DNA of 64,000 bases from contig NC_068991.1 of assembly GCF_001194135.2 (NCBI RefSeq), forward strand, positions 23,782,858 to 23,846,857, given 5' to 3'. The stretch is from Octopus bimaculoides. Its lineage: Eukaryota. The translations under genes and the position numbers were made by a program. Below the pieces are notes generated by a model. That model was not told the DNA's origin. It did not search any database and saw only the letters and a list, made by a program, of their open reading frames with translations. Of this stretch, positions 12,569 to 25,700 are shown one piece after another; position 1 is the stretch's first letter; each line of letters begins with the position of its first letter.

Positions 12569-15500
12569 CTACAATTATAAAAAAAAATATCCTTTAGTGT
12601 TTTATATATTTAAGTTTTAGATAATACATCAATTCATTATATGAGATATTTATTTTAAATTTTGGCACAAGGCCAGCAATTCTGTGAGAGTGGGTAAGTT
12701 GATTACAATGACCCTAATGAAAGAATGAATGGTAAAGTCATCCTCAGCAGAACTTGAACTCAGAATGTAAAAACAGATGAAATGTTGCTCAGCCTTTTGG
12801 CCAGTCTGCTAATGATTCTGTCAACTCACTGCCTTATTTATGACATTAGGTATTATAAATACCTGTGTTTGTTTGAGCATTGGAATGTCTCAGTATTTAT
12901 TCTGACTTTCCACATTCTGAGTTTGAATCTCACTAACGTCTGCTTTTTCCTCCTTTCATGGTCAATAAAAAAAGTACCAATCTAGAAAAGTGGATTGGTG
13001 GAACTGTACAAATGTTGATCCAGATACCTGATTGGTATTTGTTCTGGTTCTCTGCATTCTGAGTTCAAACCCTGCCATGTCTTATACAAGTGGTAGATTT
13101 AATTTGTCATATAGTTTAACATTAATATCAGGCACCCTGGGTGTCTTTGGTGGAGTCTAAATGTTGTAAACATTTGGACTGGCTTGAGGATACTTTCCTC
13201 TCTTCTTCCTTCCCACTAACCTCAGAGACCCTGTAAAGAGTCATGGATACTGTCTTCCCTCCTGACTAAAAGATTAAAAAGACATTTCATTTGACATAGA
13301 ATAGATGAACGAGGTTCATTAACAGGACTGTAATCATGCATCTCTTGCTTGTAAGCTGACCATGTTACAATTATATGTTGGGCTTCTTGCTGTTCTGTTT
13401 TCTCAAATTAGGTTTTATCAAACTGTTCACCAGCATCACCATTTAGCATCTATGTTCCATGCTGGCATGAACTGTACTAATAACTATACTATTTTATCTC
13501 CATGAGACAATTCATCAGTTACTTAGTCCTAGTAGGTTATTTTACAAATGTCTAACATAGTGAAGTATCCTACCTTGGTTCCTTTTTTGCAATAAGAAAT
13601 AATCCTACAAATGAAATTCAAAATCAAATTGGACAATAACCTAAACTGCTGGTGCAAAGTGGCTGACAAATTAATTATCTTCTGGAAATAAAGCAGTACA
13701 TTTAAAACAGAAACAGTAGATATAATTTAGAGGACATAATTCGAGAGAGGCTATAATGGACATACTGTCATATATTTGGTAATGCTGTCACTTGGTAAGT
13801 GATAGTAATAGAATTAGAATCCAATTTCTCTTTGAAATTGATAATTATGATATCTAATGACATTTACATTAAAATCTTAGCAGCTAACATGGTGTTGGAG
13901 AAAGTTGTGAGGCTCTGGATAAACAGACTATGCAACACAAGACTGTATGTCTATCAACAAGACTCTGCACAGTCTCATAAAGCTAGGACAGCCCAAATGT
14001 GGATCATGTTCTCCCAGACATATGGATTCTTAGCTCACCAGGACCCAATCCATTAAGTATGGGGTGTAGTTGAGAGAAAAGTCAATCAACACCACCATAA
14101 CACCATACGCCTTTGAAGTCCATGATAATCAGTACTATGTCCAAAATTAATAATGCTCGTCTGATTTGGGCATGTCACCATTTCCAATATTGTATAAAAG
14201 CAGCCATTGATGCTAACACTAGATTTATTGAATGGGTGTGGTAAAAGGATTCTCAAGATTATTTGTACAAATTTGCTTTCAAATACAGCTTTTCTTTGAT
14301 GAGCTATGAGTTTTTTTCTAAATTCATACAAAATACCAATGCACCCTGTAATGTATGCAAGAACAAACTATGAAGTATAAAGGAATTAGTCTCCTCTTCT
14401 ATAACTTCAAGTAGGTGTGATTATTATTGTTGTATTAGTCCGTGGTGAAGCATCATCCAGCAGACCTATGATAAATAATATTCCAGCCATGATGGTCCTA
14501 TTTTTTCCTTCTTATACAGCGTAATCTGTACTACATTATCCAATGATAATGTGTCCTTTATCTAAGATGTTAGGATGTAATATGAGGGAGAAGTGGTTCT
14601 TATTTTCTAGCAAGTCAACAATATACAGGCTCCCACATTGGCTTCTAAGCAATTATGAGATTACTAGTGGTGTAAAGTGAAGGGTTTGAACATTGTAATG
14701 ATAAATATCTTTCTGTAAGTGAATACTTGTGCAGTGATGAGCTTCACACTAAATATTCCACAATCAGAACCATTCAAAAATCACAATCAGAGCCCATATC
14801 TAATGGCAAAACACACTGACAGGGATTAGTGTCACACCCCTTGTCTTTGCTGAGTATAGGAGCAACGTATAATTATTTTACTTGGTTCATATAACATCAA
14901 TGTAGCAGAGGTCAGAGTATATCAATTGGTGGTTTGATAGAAGTTAGTCTGATATCTTACTGCTATTCTTTGTCAATTCCCTATTTTTTTACCACCCTAT
15001 GCCAATAAAAGAACTTCTATACCATTACTTGACTCATTAGAATTAACAACCAAATCTCTTTCAAATAACACCCTACCTCTTAGAAAAAAGAAGACTTCAG
15101 ACAATGTACTCCTAATATACAAAAGAAAAGAAAAAAATAGATGGAACAGTCATAGCTGGAAAGTCTTTGATCATAGATCAGCTGCATCAGAGTTGACCAA
15201 GGGCTAAGCAACAATATCTGACTTGAAGTAAAAAGAAAAAAGAATCACTGAAAATGATTGAAATTTAAAGAAACAAAAGTTCTTACCTTCGATTCAACAT
15301 TTTCTTCAGATTCCAGAGTGTTGACAGCATTCAAATTAGCTTTTTCAAATTGGTCATTGGTCTTCAGCAAAGATTCTGACTCCTCGTTGTTGCAGGAATA
15401 TGCGACACTTTCTTCTTCATCGACAACATAACTGCTATTCTTCATTGGAATTTGTTCCACTTGTCTGGAGATGGACATTGGCTCTGGTTCTTTCAAAAGC

Positions 15501-17164
15501 TGCTTTGTTGGTGTTGAGCTGGCACTGCTTGCCTCTTTTTCGCCAATAAAATGTGACCATTCTCCCTTTGAACCTAAAGAAGTAGTAGCAGCTTTTGGAT
15601 CATCAATGCCCTTCTCATCATTATCGGTAAAAGCAGGGTTATTGATTGACAAATGGGTACCAGCTGCAACTTGAGATTCAAACTTACCAGAATCTCGTTT
15701 GTGGTCAACATTCTGTTTAGCTTCTTGATTTGAAGCGTTCTTCTGTGCGGATGCCTTTATTTCAGCTCTTGAATTGCGATGACTCTTCCGGCCAGCTTTT
15801 TTCGGGTGTGAATCAGCTAGAGGCACAGTATGGTAGTCTACTTTTCTAGGCACAGTGGTGGGGACAGGTGGTGGAGGTGGCCTTACAGAAGGGGGTCTGG
15901 TAATTGAAGGGGGACGTGTTGAAGGAAGTGGAGGTGGTTGCTTTGAGGGTGGAATGACTTTTGCATCTGTTAGGGGTTGATCTTCTTGAATGGCAGTGTT
16001 CTTTTCTTCTTCTTCTGAATTTGTGTTAGAGTTGGGTTCAATGATGTTGTTGGTAAATACAGGGTCCATGCCACGCTCTGCAGCAAGGAAAGGAGAATCC
16101 CATATACCACCATTCTCTCTTTTCCAAGGACAAGTCTTTGTTTCAAATACCTGTTTAGCAGGGGGTGGGGCCTTCCTAGTTTTTTCACTTTTCTTTGTGA
16201 GTTGGTCCGGTTCAAGATCCAGTAATGTTAAATCTTGCTGGCTCTAACAATAAGGAAACAAAAAATTACTTGATAAGATAGTATAATTGAAAATAAATAA
16301 AAGTATATATAAATACAATGCATAGAGTAAACTGCAACACTCATTAATAATTGAAAACTAATTAATCAACATGATTGATTTTCTACTTAAACACATCAAT
16401 TTTGTAAGAGCTAACATATTAATTATTTGAACTGAGCCCAGTGTATAACTTCTAAAAATGAATGACAGTGAAAGTGAAAGTAGCCCAAAGCAGGATTTGA
16501 TCTTAGAGAAACATGAGCGATGACTGTAAAACATTTAAACTGACGTTCTGTAGCATCACTCAACTTTGTCAATTGAAATTAATTAAGAATCCTCATCACT
16601 ATCACCACCATCATCATCATTTTCATGTCCTCTTTCTTTGCTGGTATAGTTGAATGGGTTATCACAGAGTCACTTCCCAAGGGAGCTACAGCTCCTTAAT
16701 ACTTAGTGCTCATATCAGTCATTTAGCTTGGTTTTAATGGCTAGATGCCTTTCCTAATACTAACCACCTCAGAGAGTGTACTGGTTGCAATTTCTCATAC
16801 CATCAAGACTGGAGAAGTTGAATAGTCCTCGATGAGATAGGACAAGAAGGACCTCATAACCCTACACTTTCTCTGCTCCTTCAGTCAATCACGTTATGGA
16901 GTAAAGAATGGGTGGGTGGTAGTGCTCATAAGCAGTAACTGTAAATTCAGAACAGAAACAGCGATAGCAGAGAGGTTAGAAATTATACATTAAAATGAAG
17001 GGAACTGAATTGAAGAAATTCAAGTCCCCTTCCATCTCTGCCAAAAAAGAAAGAAAAAAATGAAAAGAAAAAAAAGCTTAATAAATTAATTAATTAATAT
17101 ACTTTATTAAATAAATTTTAAAATTCTAATCTAACAAGTTTATCCATACTAGCAAAGGTTAGAC

Positions 17165-17214
<50 letters not shown>

Positions 17215-17252
17215 TCCAAAAATGGTTTCAAAAGGATATATAATCCTGGCCG

Positions 17253-17290
<38 letters not shown>

Positions 17291-20200
17291 NNNNNNNNNN
17301 NNNNNNNNNNNNNNNNNNNNNNNNNNNNNNNNNNNNNNNNNNNNNNNNNNNNNNNNNNNNNNNNNNNNNNNNNNNNNNNNNNNNNNNNNNNNNNNNNNNN
17401 NNNNNNNNNNNNNNNNNNNNNNNNNNNNNNNNNNNNNNNNNNNNNNNNNNNNNNNNNNNNNNNNNNNNNNNNNNNNNNNNNNNNNNNNNNNNNNNNNNNN
17501 NNNNNNNNNNNNNNNNNNNNNNNNNNNNNNNNNNNNNNNNNNNNNNNNNNNNNNNNNNNNNNNNNNNNNNNNNNNNNNNNNNNNNNNNNNNNNNNNNNNA
17601 ACATCATATGTTCTCTTTGAATTAATTAGATAGCTTAACAAGAACAAAAAACAAAAGAAAAAGGAAACTGTAAAATTTCAATGCAAACCTTTGTCTTCCA
17701 GGAAAATGCTCCAGAATGTTCATCAGGCCAAGTTTGACACTAGGAAATAAATATTATAAAGAAGATAAAGAGTGAACAAACAGAACCCACACAAATAAAC
17801 ATTAACAGGTGTTAACAAATGTAATTTTAAAACACAAGACCCAGCAACTAAAGTGAGATTGCAGCCACGCACATTCAACCCTGTTAAAAATACTCCTGAA
17901 GTGTCGGACGATATGATATGATATGCTTGAGAAGACCTGTTGAGTCAAGTAAAACCAATACCATAGCTGGGGCCAGTGCCCCCTGACTGGCTCCCGTCAG
18001 TGAAGTGGCGAAATATCTTCTATTTTACACTAACCCATGCTGTGTGAAAACAAGCAAATCGTCAGAAAATATTTTAATCAAACAGACAGTGAACATGTAT
18101 GGAAATGCAAGTGTGGAAAAAAGTTAACCCAGAAAAAAGGAACTGGATGGACAAATCTTATGAATCATATAAAAAACCAGCATCCAGAGTATTCTACTAC
18201 ACAAGTAACTGGACAACCATCTTTATCGAGTTTTCTTTCACCAAGAAGTAGTTTGGTCAGTTGCTTGGCCTTAAATGTTTATAGTTGGATTGAGTGGGTA
18301 TGTGTTGGTTTAAAACCATTTTCCTTGACTGAAGACTCACTGACTCATAAATGCACAAACTTGGGAAGTATGACAAATGTGACCTTAAAGAAATACATGG
18401 AAAAACTTATTCAAGAAGTGGAAAAGAAAATATCTGTTGAACTTCCAAGTAAATTTTCGTTGGTAATCAATGGTTGGACTAAGGGTTCGATGCATTTCAT
18501 TGGAGTTTTTGCATCTTATTTGTGCAATTACCAAAATGACTATTGTATTGTTTTGCTGGCATTTTTGCCAATGGTAAGTGAAACATCATTCACTGCTTCT
18601 GATTATGTCGAATTTATAGAGTATGTGTTAAGTGTCTATAATAAAAAATTAGAAAATGTTGTAGCTATTACTGGAGATAATACTGAAGTGAACAAATCTA
18701 TAGCGAATTTGTGTAGAATACCATTGATTGGATGTGCCTCTCATAAATTCAATCTAGTTGTTTTTGCTTATCTCGACAAAAAGGAAGTTCTGCTTGATAA
18801 AATTAATATGTTGATGGGCAAACTAAAATCATTAAAACTTGTGGGTAAACTTCGGGAAAAAATGTCTTTGCAACCTACACAAAGAAATAAAACCCATTGG
18901 TCCAGTACTTATGACATAATTGAGAGGTATATCCAACTCAAGCTGTTTTTTAGACTCTTTTCAAGGTGATCCAAAGCTGTTTTTAGACTCTTTTCAAGGC
19001 AATCCACGCAATCATAATGATCTGCAGATTCTAAAAGACAATTTAGGAAAGTTACGCTCAGTAACAGACGCCTTGCAAAGAACAGAAATAGATTTGGGAG
19101 ATGCTCGAATTCTTTTTGACAAAATTTTTGCATTGTATCCTTACGAGGAATTTTTTAAATATTTGCATCCATCAGCAGCCATTGTGCACAGTCCAAATTT
19201 TGAAAGTGGAGTTGTGAAAATTTTACAACATGCAGAAGCAGAGCTAACTGCAAATGAAGTGGCTGCTCTACATCAGCTGAAAGTGGTGACAGACATGTCA
19301 CAACAGTCTGATTCACCTGTAGAAGATGATGATTTAGCTTCAATTTGTTTGAAAAAGCACAAAAAAGATAAAATTTCACCTCAGCAATATCTGAACTGTA
19401 GATTTTTGTTACCAACGTCCAGCATTTTGGAATGTTTCTTCAGCTCAACAGGTTACGCTTTTAATGATTTTCAGCAATACTTTACACCAATGAATTTAGA
19501 AATGCAATTATTTCTAAAAGTCAATCGCACTTTCTGGGATGAAGACCTAGTTTCAGAAATCTGCAATAGTTCATGGCCTTTTGCTATATTAGAACATTTT
19601 AATTGTGCTACTTGTTTGCGAATTTCTTTCAATTAAAGACCTTCAATTTATTTGCTTTTCAAGTACTGTACAATGTAGAGTATATGTGTTGTTTGTTCCC
19701 TATTCTAAATCAATAAAATTGAACTTTGAATGCTTTTTGACAATAAAGCTTTTTGAAACTATAGGACGCAGCTTTTATTTTCCTATCATTTTGGCTCTCA
19801 TCTAAATCGAAGCTAACACTCCGAAATGTATGGTGTTTTTACGTTTGGCAAAATAATTGACAATTAATTGCAATAATTGATTGATAGGAAAATAATTGAT
19901 TGGAAAGGTTCCAATCAATTATTTACAACCCCTAATATTAGGTGAGGGGTATCAAGGAGTCATTTTAAGCGGGGATCAGGGACTATTCTTCAAAGAAATA
20001 TTCTGCTTGAAACCCAAGAATTCACCTTGCCTCCTGGCACACAATATATGGTTAGCAGATCCAGAATGCATTCCAATTGTCACCATCATGTCTTTTCTTA
20101 TGTGCATTTTCAGACACAGCATATTTTGAATAATATTATCCAATGATACCATCCTTTCTTGCAAGTTGGAAAGGTGTGGTTTGAGGGAGATTTTGCTGTT

Positions 20201-22373
20201 ATTATTCTATCGAATCAAGTGGCCTCATAGAGACTCTGTCATTGCCTGTTATATACATGGTATATTTGTGGTGTGAAAAACAGCATTAACTATCTTCCTT
20301 TCTTGTATTAGGTTGTTGAACAACCTTTGATGACTTCTATGACAAGCTCTATATGCTAGTCATGGAATATTCACAGGAGAAAAGAAAAGTGGTTTTTCAC
20401 TGCTTTCTTACAAGACACTAATATGTTTGGTAGATACAAAGTACCAAAAGGTTTGCATGGCAGTAGTTAGCCCCAGGTCCTCTTTGACTGAGCAGATCTA
20501 TGATCAAAAGCATTCCTGCCATGACCATCCTGTTTCGTTAGGAATATCTTTAGTTACAATATCTAATGTGTGTTTTTTATTGCTTTAAGATGGTAAGGTG
20601 TGATATGAGAGGAAATTTGGCTGTTATTTCTTGCCAGTTGAGTACCTACGTAAAGATTTCCTTTTGGCCCGAGTAAGTCAATGGCTGCAGGAAAACCATG
20701 GACAGTGAGGGTGTACTCCAGAATTGGCGTCATGGGAAGAAAGGACTGAACAAATTGGTTTATAGAGGATCTAGAAGCGAAAAGGGTGGAAAGTGCCTGT
20801 GTGGGGATGGATCTAGATTAACCTTTTCGGAGGAATTTTTACAAGGAAGGGAAGGGGGTCCGGTTTCTCGCCACCTTTTTTTTTCAGAATCAAAATAAGG
20901 AGTTTGTGGCATATTAGGCAGTCAGGGTACTTCATTCCACGCGAAAAGTCCGAGGTTTTTTTTTTCTTAGTGAATCGCGTGGGGGTGCACTTGTAAAAAT
21001 TTACCTAAGGGTAAATAAGACACAAAGATGTCTCGTCTGTGATCTAAAGGCTGAAGTATGAAAATATTTGTGAGTAACTTCATGGCAGTTAGACGAGTAA
21101 CGTTTCTAGCAATTATGGTGTTAAAAAAAAAAGCATTGTACAGAAGGTAAATACTAAAAACTAAGTCATTCTAGTTTTATAAAATATATTTTTTTAAAAA
21201 AATGTATCTCTAGTTTGAAAACTTAAGGACACAGAATGCTTGTGTCACATAGCCAACTGGAAACGATGTTTCCTAGGGCCAAATAGCAGTAGCATTCTTC
21301 CCTTTCCTGGGACTGCCACATTAAGTTGGCAACAAACTATCACTTTACATAGGATGGTTATCTAGAAATTCCATACATCGTTTATAAAGCAAAGACGGTC
21401 ACGTTCTAATTTGAACTCATAACCGATGAAATTATATATTATTCTGGTGCTCTTCTTCTTTCTTGGACGTCTCACTTTAATAATTTATATAAATATACAG
21501 CGGTGAGCTGGCAAAATCATTAGAACGTTGGGCAAAAGTGCTGAGAGTCATTTCGTCTGTCTTCACGTTCTGAATTCAAATTTCGCAGAGCCCGACTTTG
21601 CTTTTCATCCTTGCGAGATCAATAAAACAAGTACCTGGAGTCGATGTAAATGACTGACCCATTTCCTCCAAATTTCTGGAATTGTGCCAAAATTCGAAAC
21701 CAATAGTTTACGTATATTTTTTTGACTCGGCACAAACGTGCTATATTTTAGAAGAAAGGAAACAATGTGATTTTTATACTTTCTCTAAAGGCATTAGCAG
21801 CACAAAAAAGATGAAAGTGCAACATCGATAATCGGAACTGTTTCGGAAAGTCGATTCCCTGTTCTCTGTACACGCCCGTGAACGGAGAGGCAGACAGAGA
21901 GCAGGCAACCTTTTGCAAAGCAGAATGCTTTTAAAACAGATCAAAAGAAGGGTCGTTTATTGGTTTAGGTTCCTGAGCTGAACAATTAACATAATCGTGC
22001 ATCCATGCATGAGTGAATGAATGAATGAATGGCTGCATGCATGTATTGCTGAAAGGACGGGAGGATAGATAGATAAACAATTACCAGAGTTTATACTCAC
22101 ATCGTTGTAGTCTACAACAATTTTCTCACCACACGCCACAATATGCCTGGGGAAAGAATCAGGGTATTCGCTTGTTTTGGGCACATCAGAATATTTTTCC
22201 AAAACTGACGCCGGTACGGCGAAACTATTAAATACACACTCTCTTTCTTCACAAGTCATCTGCTCCCAATTATCTGAATACATTTTTTGTATGTATTCTT
22301 GTTCTTCAACGATCCGTCTAGCTAAGGAGTTGTTTGCTTTGAAATATGAACTAACTTGCTTCTCGAACTCCAT
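12518..22373 (-). CDS. C1orf198: C1orf198 / DUF4706-family protein, 4 coding exons, 443 aa: complement(join(12518..12568,15287..16243,17689..17739,22101..22373))
   Basis: All introns are GT-AG and phase 0, and the join is open. SYFKANNSLARRIVEEQEYIQKMYSDNW, TWPDEHSGAFSWKTKSQ and C-terminal SGYDFLDDW* match human C1orf198 as recalled (YFSSLSPMARKI, TWQDEHSAPFSWETKSQ, TGFDFLDNW). Confidence 0.88.
12655..12833 (-). mobile_element. Short SINE
   Basis: Same family as 21499-21703. Confidence 0.55.
13760..14348 (+). mobile_element. Mariner/DD37D-like transposon 3' fragment
   Basis: YQQDSAQSHKARTAQ; WGVVERKVN; ends in caccctg-TA. Confidence 0.6.
15287..16243 (-). CDS. C1orf198: C1orf198 exon 3 (957 nt, Pro-rich, low complexity)
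   Basis: ttgttag|AGC CAG acceptor, AAG|gtaaga donor; open for 319 codons; contains track ORF 15245..16069. Confidence 0.88.
17689..17739 (-). CDS. C1orf198: C1orf198 exon 2 (CQTWPDEHSGAFSWKTK)
   Basis: ttcctag| acceptor, AAG|gtttgc donor; conserved DUF4706 motif; too short for the ORF track. Confidence 0.88.
18001..19934 (+). mobile_element. hAT transposon (5' end not found) with BED-finger transposase split by one frameshift
   Basis: ORFs 18037-18969 and 18920-19636: CKC..H..H BED finger, GDN, CASH, THWSST, PTSSILECFFS; right end reads acaaccccta. Confidence 0.8.
21499..21703 (+). mobile_element. Short tRNA-derived SINE
   Basis: ggtgagctggca...ttctgaattcaaattt...ttgtgccaaaattcgaaaccaa family. 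Confidence 0.65.
22101..22373 (-). CDS. C1orf198: C1orf198 coding exon 1 (MEFEKQ...VVDYND, 91 aa)
   Basis: ATG at 22373; donor GAT|GTGAGT. Confidence 0.88.
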
Positions 22374-22719
22374 CTTTTTTCATTTAAATGCAAAATTACA
22401 CGGGAAATAAAATATCAAGGATAATAAATGCTAAATAAAAAAGAATGTCTATTTACAGAAATCAGTCCAGTTAATGAAACACTTATGAAGAAACCATAAC
22501 TCGGTCTTCTGCTGCAATGTTTTTTCTGTTAATATCTATAGATAATTAATAATTACGAATAATTTATTTAAATATGTTTTGAGAATAAATATTATTATTA
22601 AATTAATTTTAGCGCCGGTAAAATTTTAAAGAAGCCGATAAATCTTTTTAAAATATATAAATATATTACTATTTGTTATTCACTGCGACATTAGTTTTAC
22701 TTTATTCCTTCACACAAAC
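22374..22719. promoter_or_regulatory. Probable bidirectional promoter / 5' UTRs of C1orf198 and PUS10
   Basis: 346 bp between divergent ATGs; AT-rich; no repeat insertions seen. Confidence 0.5.
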
Positions 22720-22740
22720 ATGGCATCGCTGTTTGACGAG
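22720..22740 (+). CDS. PUS10: Putative PUS10 first coding exon (MASLFDE)
   Basis: caaacATGG context, GAG|gtaact donor; an alternative donor AA|gtaaga lies at 22784; no homology support. Confidence 0.45.
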
Positions 22741-25700
22741 GTAACTTCTAGTTTCATTTTTCATATACTGAAGTCACTGGCCAAGTAAGATTTAAAATTA
22801 CGTTAGTGTAATTATAGCACCTGCAGGATAGTTGTACGTGTGTCGTTAATTGCCAGAATAATTTGTTTATACATAAATAGATACATACGCGCGCATGCAC
22901 ACGAGTGAATGAACAAACGAAAGTAGCACTCAACACATTTGGTAGAGTTGTATGTACGTAACAACAGTTTAACTCAACTTCACAAAGTTTCGTGGACGTA
23001 GCACATACCTTATATATATCGTTGATGAAAAAATAAATACAGGAGCATAACTAGTTTGATGCCCCGCCTTGACTTTGTTTCCTCATAACTTACTAGAAAA
23101 AATTGCATATTTTGAAATTAAGTACGTTTTCGAGAATGTAGATTACACAATTTTGATGTTTCAGACATAAATCTAAAACAAAAAAGTAAAATGTTGAAGT
23201 TACGGAAATGAATTGTAACAAAGACAGATAGAATATGGAGAATGATCGAAACTCCTCAAAAAAAAAAGAAGAAAAAAAAACAGAAGTTTTCATCAGTATG
23301 ATAGTAATCTGGACCATCGTTGATGTATCTGTGCAAAATTTCATTAAAAAAAAAGGGTACATCTTCCTAGAAAGTAATGAAAAAATAAAGTTGGGGGTGC
23401 TGGGGCACCAAATTGTAGTTATGCCAATACGTAGATTTTTTGATGTTATGATACCGGGAGTGTTTATCTCGAAGATGAAGGGCAAATGCCAGGGCAAAAC
23501 CCAAAATATTAGGTTATATAGATCCACACCCGGTGGAAAAATTGAAAAAAAAAATAGTGTAGTAGTTGAAGTGCACCGTATATTGAACAAATATGAAGGA
23601 AAAAATGCGCTACACAACCCGAGCAGTCGATTTTCTCGACTGAAGGCGGTGCTCCAGCATGGCCGCAGTCAAATGACTAAAACAAGTGAAAGAAATATTA
23701 CATGATTTTTGTTTCACTCCTGTGACCGGACGTTGAGATTTAGTGCTCGGGTTGTGTGAATTTTCCGAGCCCTCTCCCCACCCCACCCCCGTTTGCCAGC
23801 GCGCATTTTTTCCTTCATATTTGTTCAATATACGGTGCACTTCAACTACTACACTATTTTTTTTGGAATCGAACATGACATGACTGTTATTGTTGTTTAG
23901 TTTGAGGTCAGCTTTAATCGAGGAGGTCCACCGTCAAAACATCCTTACTGTGACAGCAGTGGAAGAGAGAAGTACTAGAGAGGTAGCTCTGTGTATGTGT
24001 TCGTGTAGTAGGCTACAAAATTCTTACATTCTCTCGATTTGCTGTAATTCAGACTACCTCATGGTCCCAGTAGACAAAATGGAAAAGGCGTGGCCCCGAA
24101 GAATGGCGAGGGAGATGCGCTGGAAAAGTCACTAATCCTATTTTTTCCCCTAGATTTAGTGTACCGTGGGCCATATTTTTTCCTTCAAGACAGTAGGTTG
24201 TTAGTTGAGAGAGACTTGACTGCTATTTCTACCAGGTAAACCGTCTTTGTTGAGATTCCCTCTGACCACTGTTCACAAAGAGCTGAATTTATCAAGAGCA
24301 GGAGCTAGAAATGGAAAATTGAAGCTAATAAAAAAAAAACTCACATAAACAATATTTTTAATATAAATATCATAAACATTTTTAAAGTTTCATTATTCTT
24401 TTGTTACTGATATGTGTAATCATAAACCAAAACTTCATTTTTTTGTATTTTATCTTTTGCTAATTATTTACAACTTTGAATAAATAATACATAGGCATAA
24501 ATACACTCTTGATGAAGACACATGACTCAGTGGTTAGAGCATTGAGCTCACAATCGTGAGGTAGTGAGTTCGATTCCCGGACTGGGCTGTGTGTTATGTT
24601 CTTGAGCAAGACACTTTATTTCACATTACTCCAATTCACTCAGCTGTAGAAATGAGTTGCAATGTCACTGGTGCCAAGTTGTATCAACCTTTGCCTTTCC
24701 TTTGGATAACATCAGTGGTGTGGAGAGAGGAGGCTGGTATGCATGGATGACTGCTAGTCTTCCATAAACAACTTTGCCCAGACTTGTGCCTTGGAGGAGA
24801 ACTTTCTAGGTGCAATCCTTGTGTAGGTATGTCAGTATATATGTACATACAATACAAAATACATTTTAATATTCATATAGGTACAAGTTGAGGACTGGGA
24901 TTGATGTAATGGACTTAACATGTCCCCCAAAATTACTGTCCTTGTGGCAAGATGTGAACTCAATATTTATATGATTTATTGATAAAATGATTGTCAATTC
25001 AGTAGTGGGGGCAATGTAACCGACTTCTTCTTCCCCTCAAAATTGCTGGCCTTGTGCCAAAAGTTAGAAAGAAAATGTATGATTCATAGAAATTGAGATA
25101 TTGGTAATTTTTGTTGTTGGCACTCCGTTGCTTACGACGTCGAGGGTTCCAGTTGATCTGATCAACGGAACAGCCAGCTTGTGAAATTAACGTGCAAGTG
25201 GTTGAGCACTCCACAGACTCGTGTACCCTTAACGTAGTTCTCGGGGGATATTCAGCGTGACACAGAGTGGGACAAGGCTGACACTTTTGAATTACGGGCA
25301 CAACAGAAACAGAAAGAATGAGTGAGAGAAAGTTGTGGTGAAAGAGTACAGCAGGGTTTGCCACCATCCCCTGCCGGAGCCTCGTGGGGCTTTAGGTGTT
25401 TTCGCTCAATAAACACTCACAACGCNNNNNNNNNNGGAGCCTCGTGGGGCTTTAGGTGTTTTCGCTCAATAAACACTCACAACGCCCGGTCTGGGAATCG
25501 AAACCGCGATCCTATGACTGCGAGTCCGCTGCCCTAACCACTGGACCATTGCGCCTCCACTGGTAATTTTTAAATAATTTTAACAACATGAATTCCAGTA
25601 TACTTAAGGTTTAGTATATAGTATTGCATGTCGTTCATTGTTTAAGAAATTCTTATAGATATGCAGCAAACATGCACGGTTCTCATGCATTTTGATTTGG

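Noticed and set aside
16458-16543. C/D-box-like pattern (ATGAATGA...CTGA)
   Set aside because: It lies antisense to the host intron, with no terminal stem or recognisable guide.
23093-23876. Overlapping 156-, 174- and 88-aa ORFs sharing [21 protein letters not shown]
   Set aside because: The shared peptide just reflects the 64-bp inverted repeat; there is no homology or splice support.
24515-24590. tRNA-like A/B-box heads (also 25485-25560, 31789-31860, 39077-39150)
   Set aside because: They are followed by SINE bodies and tails, often with TSDs, and form no full cloverleaf.
25376-25485. Exact 50-bp tandem duplication in a SINE
   Set aside because: The copies flank a 10-N gap, typical of an unmerged contig overlap.
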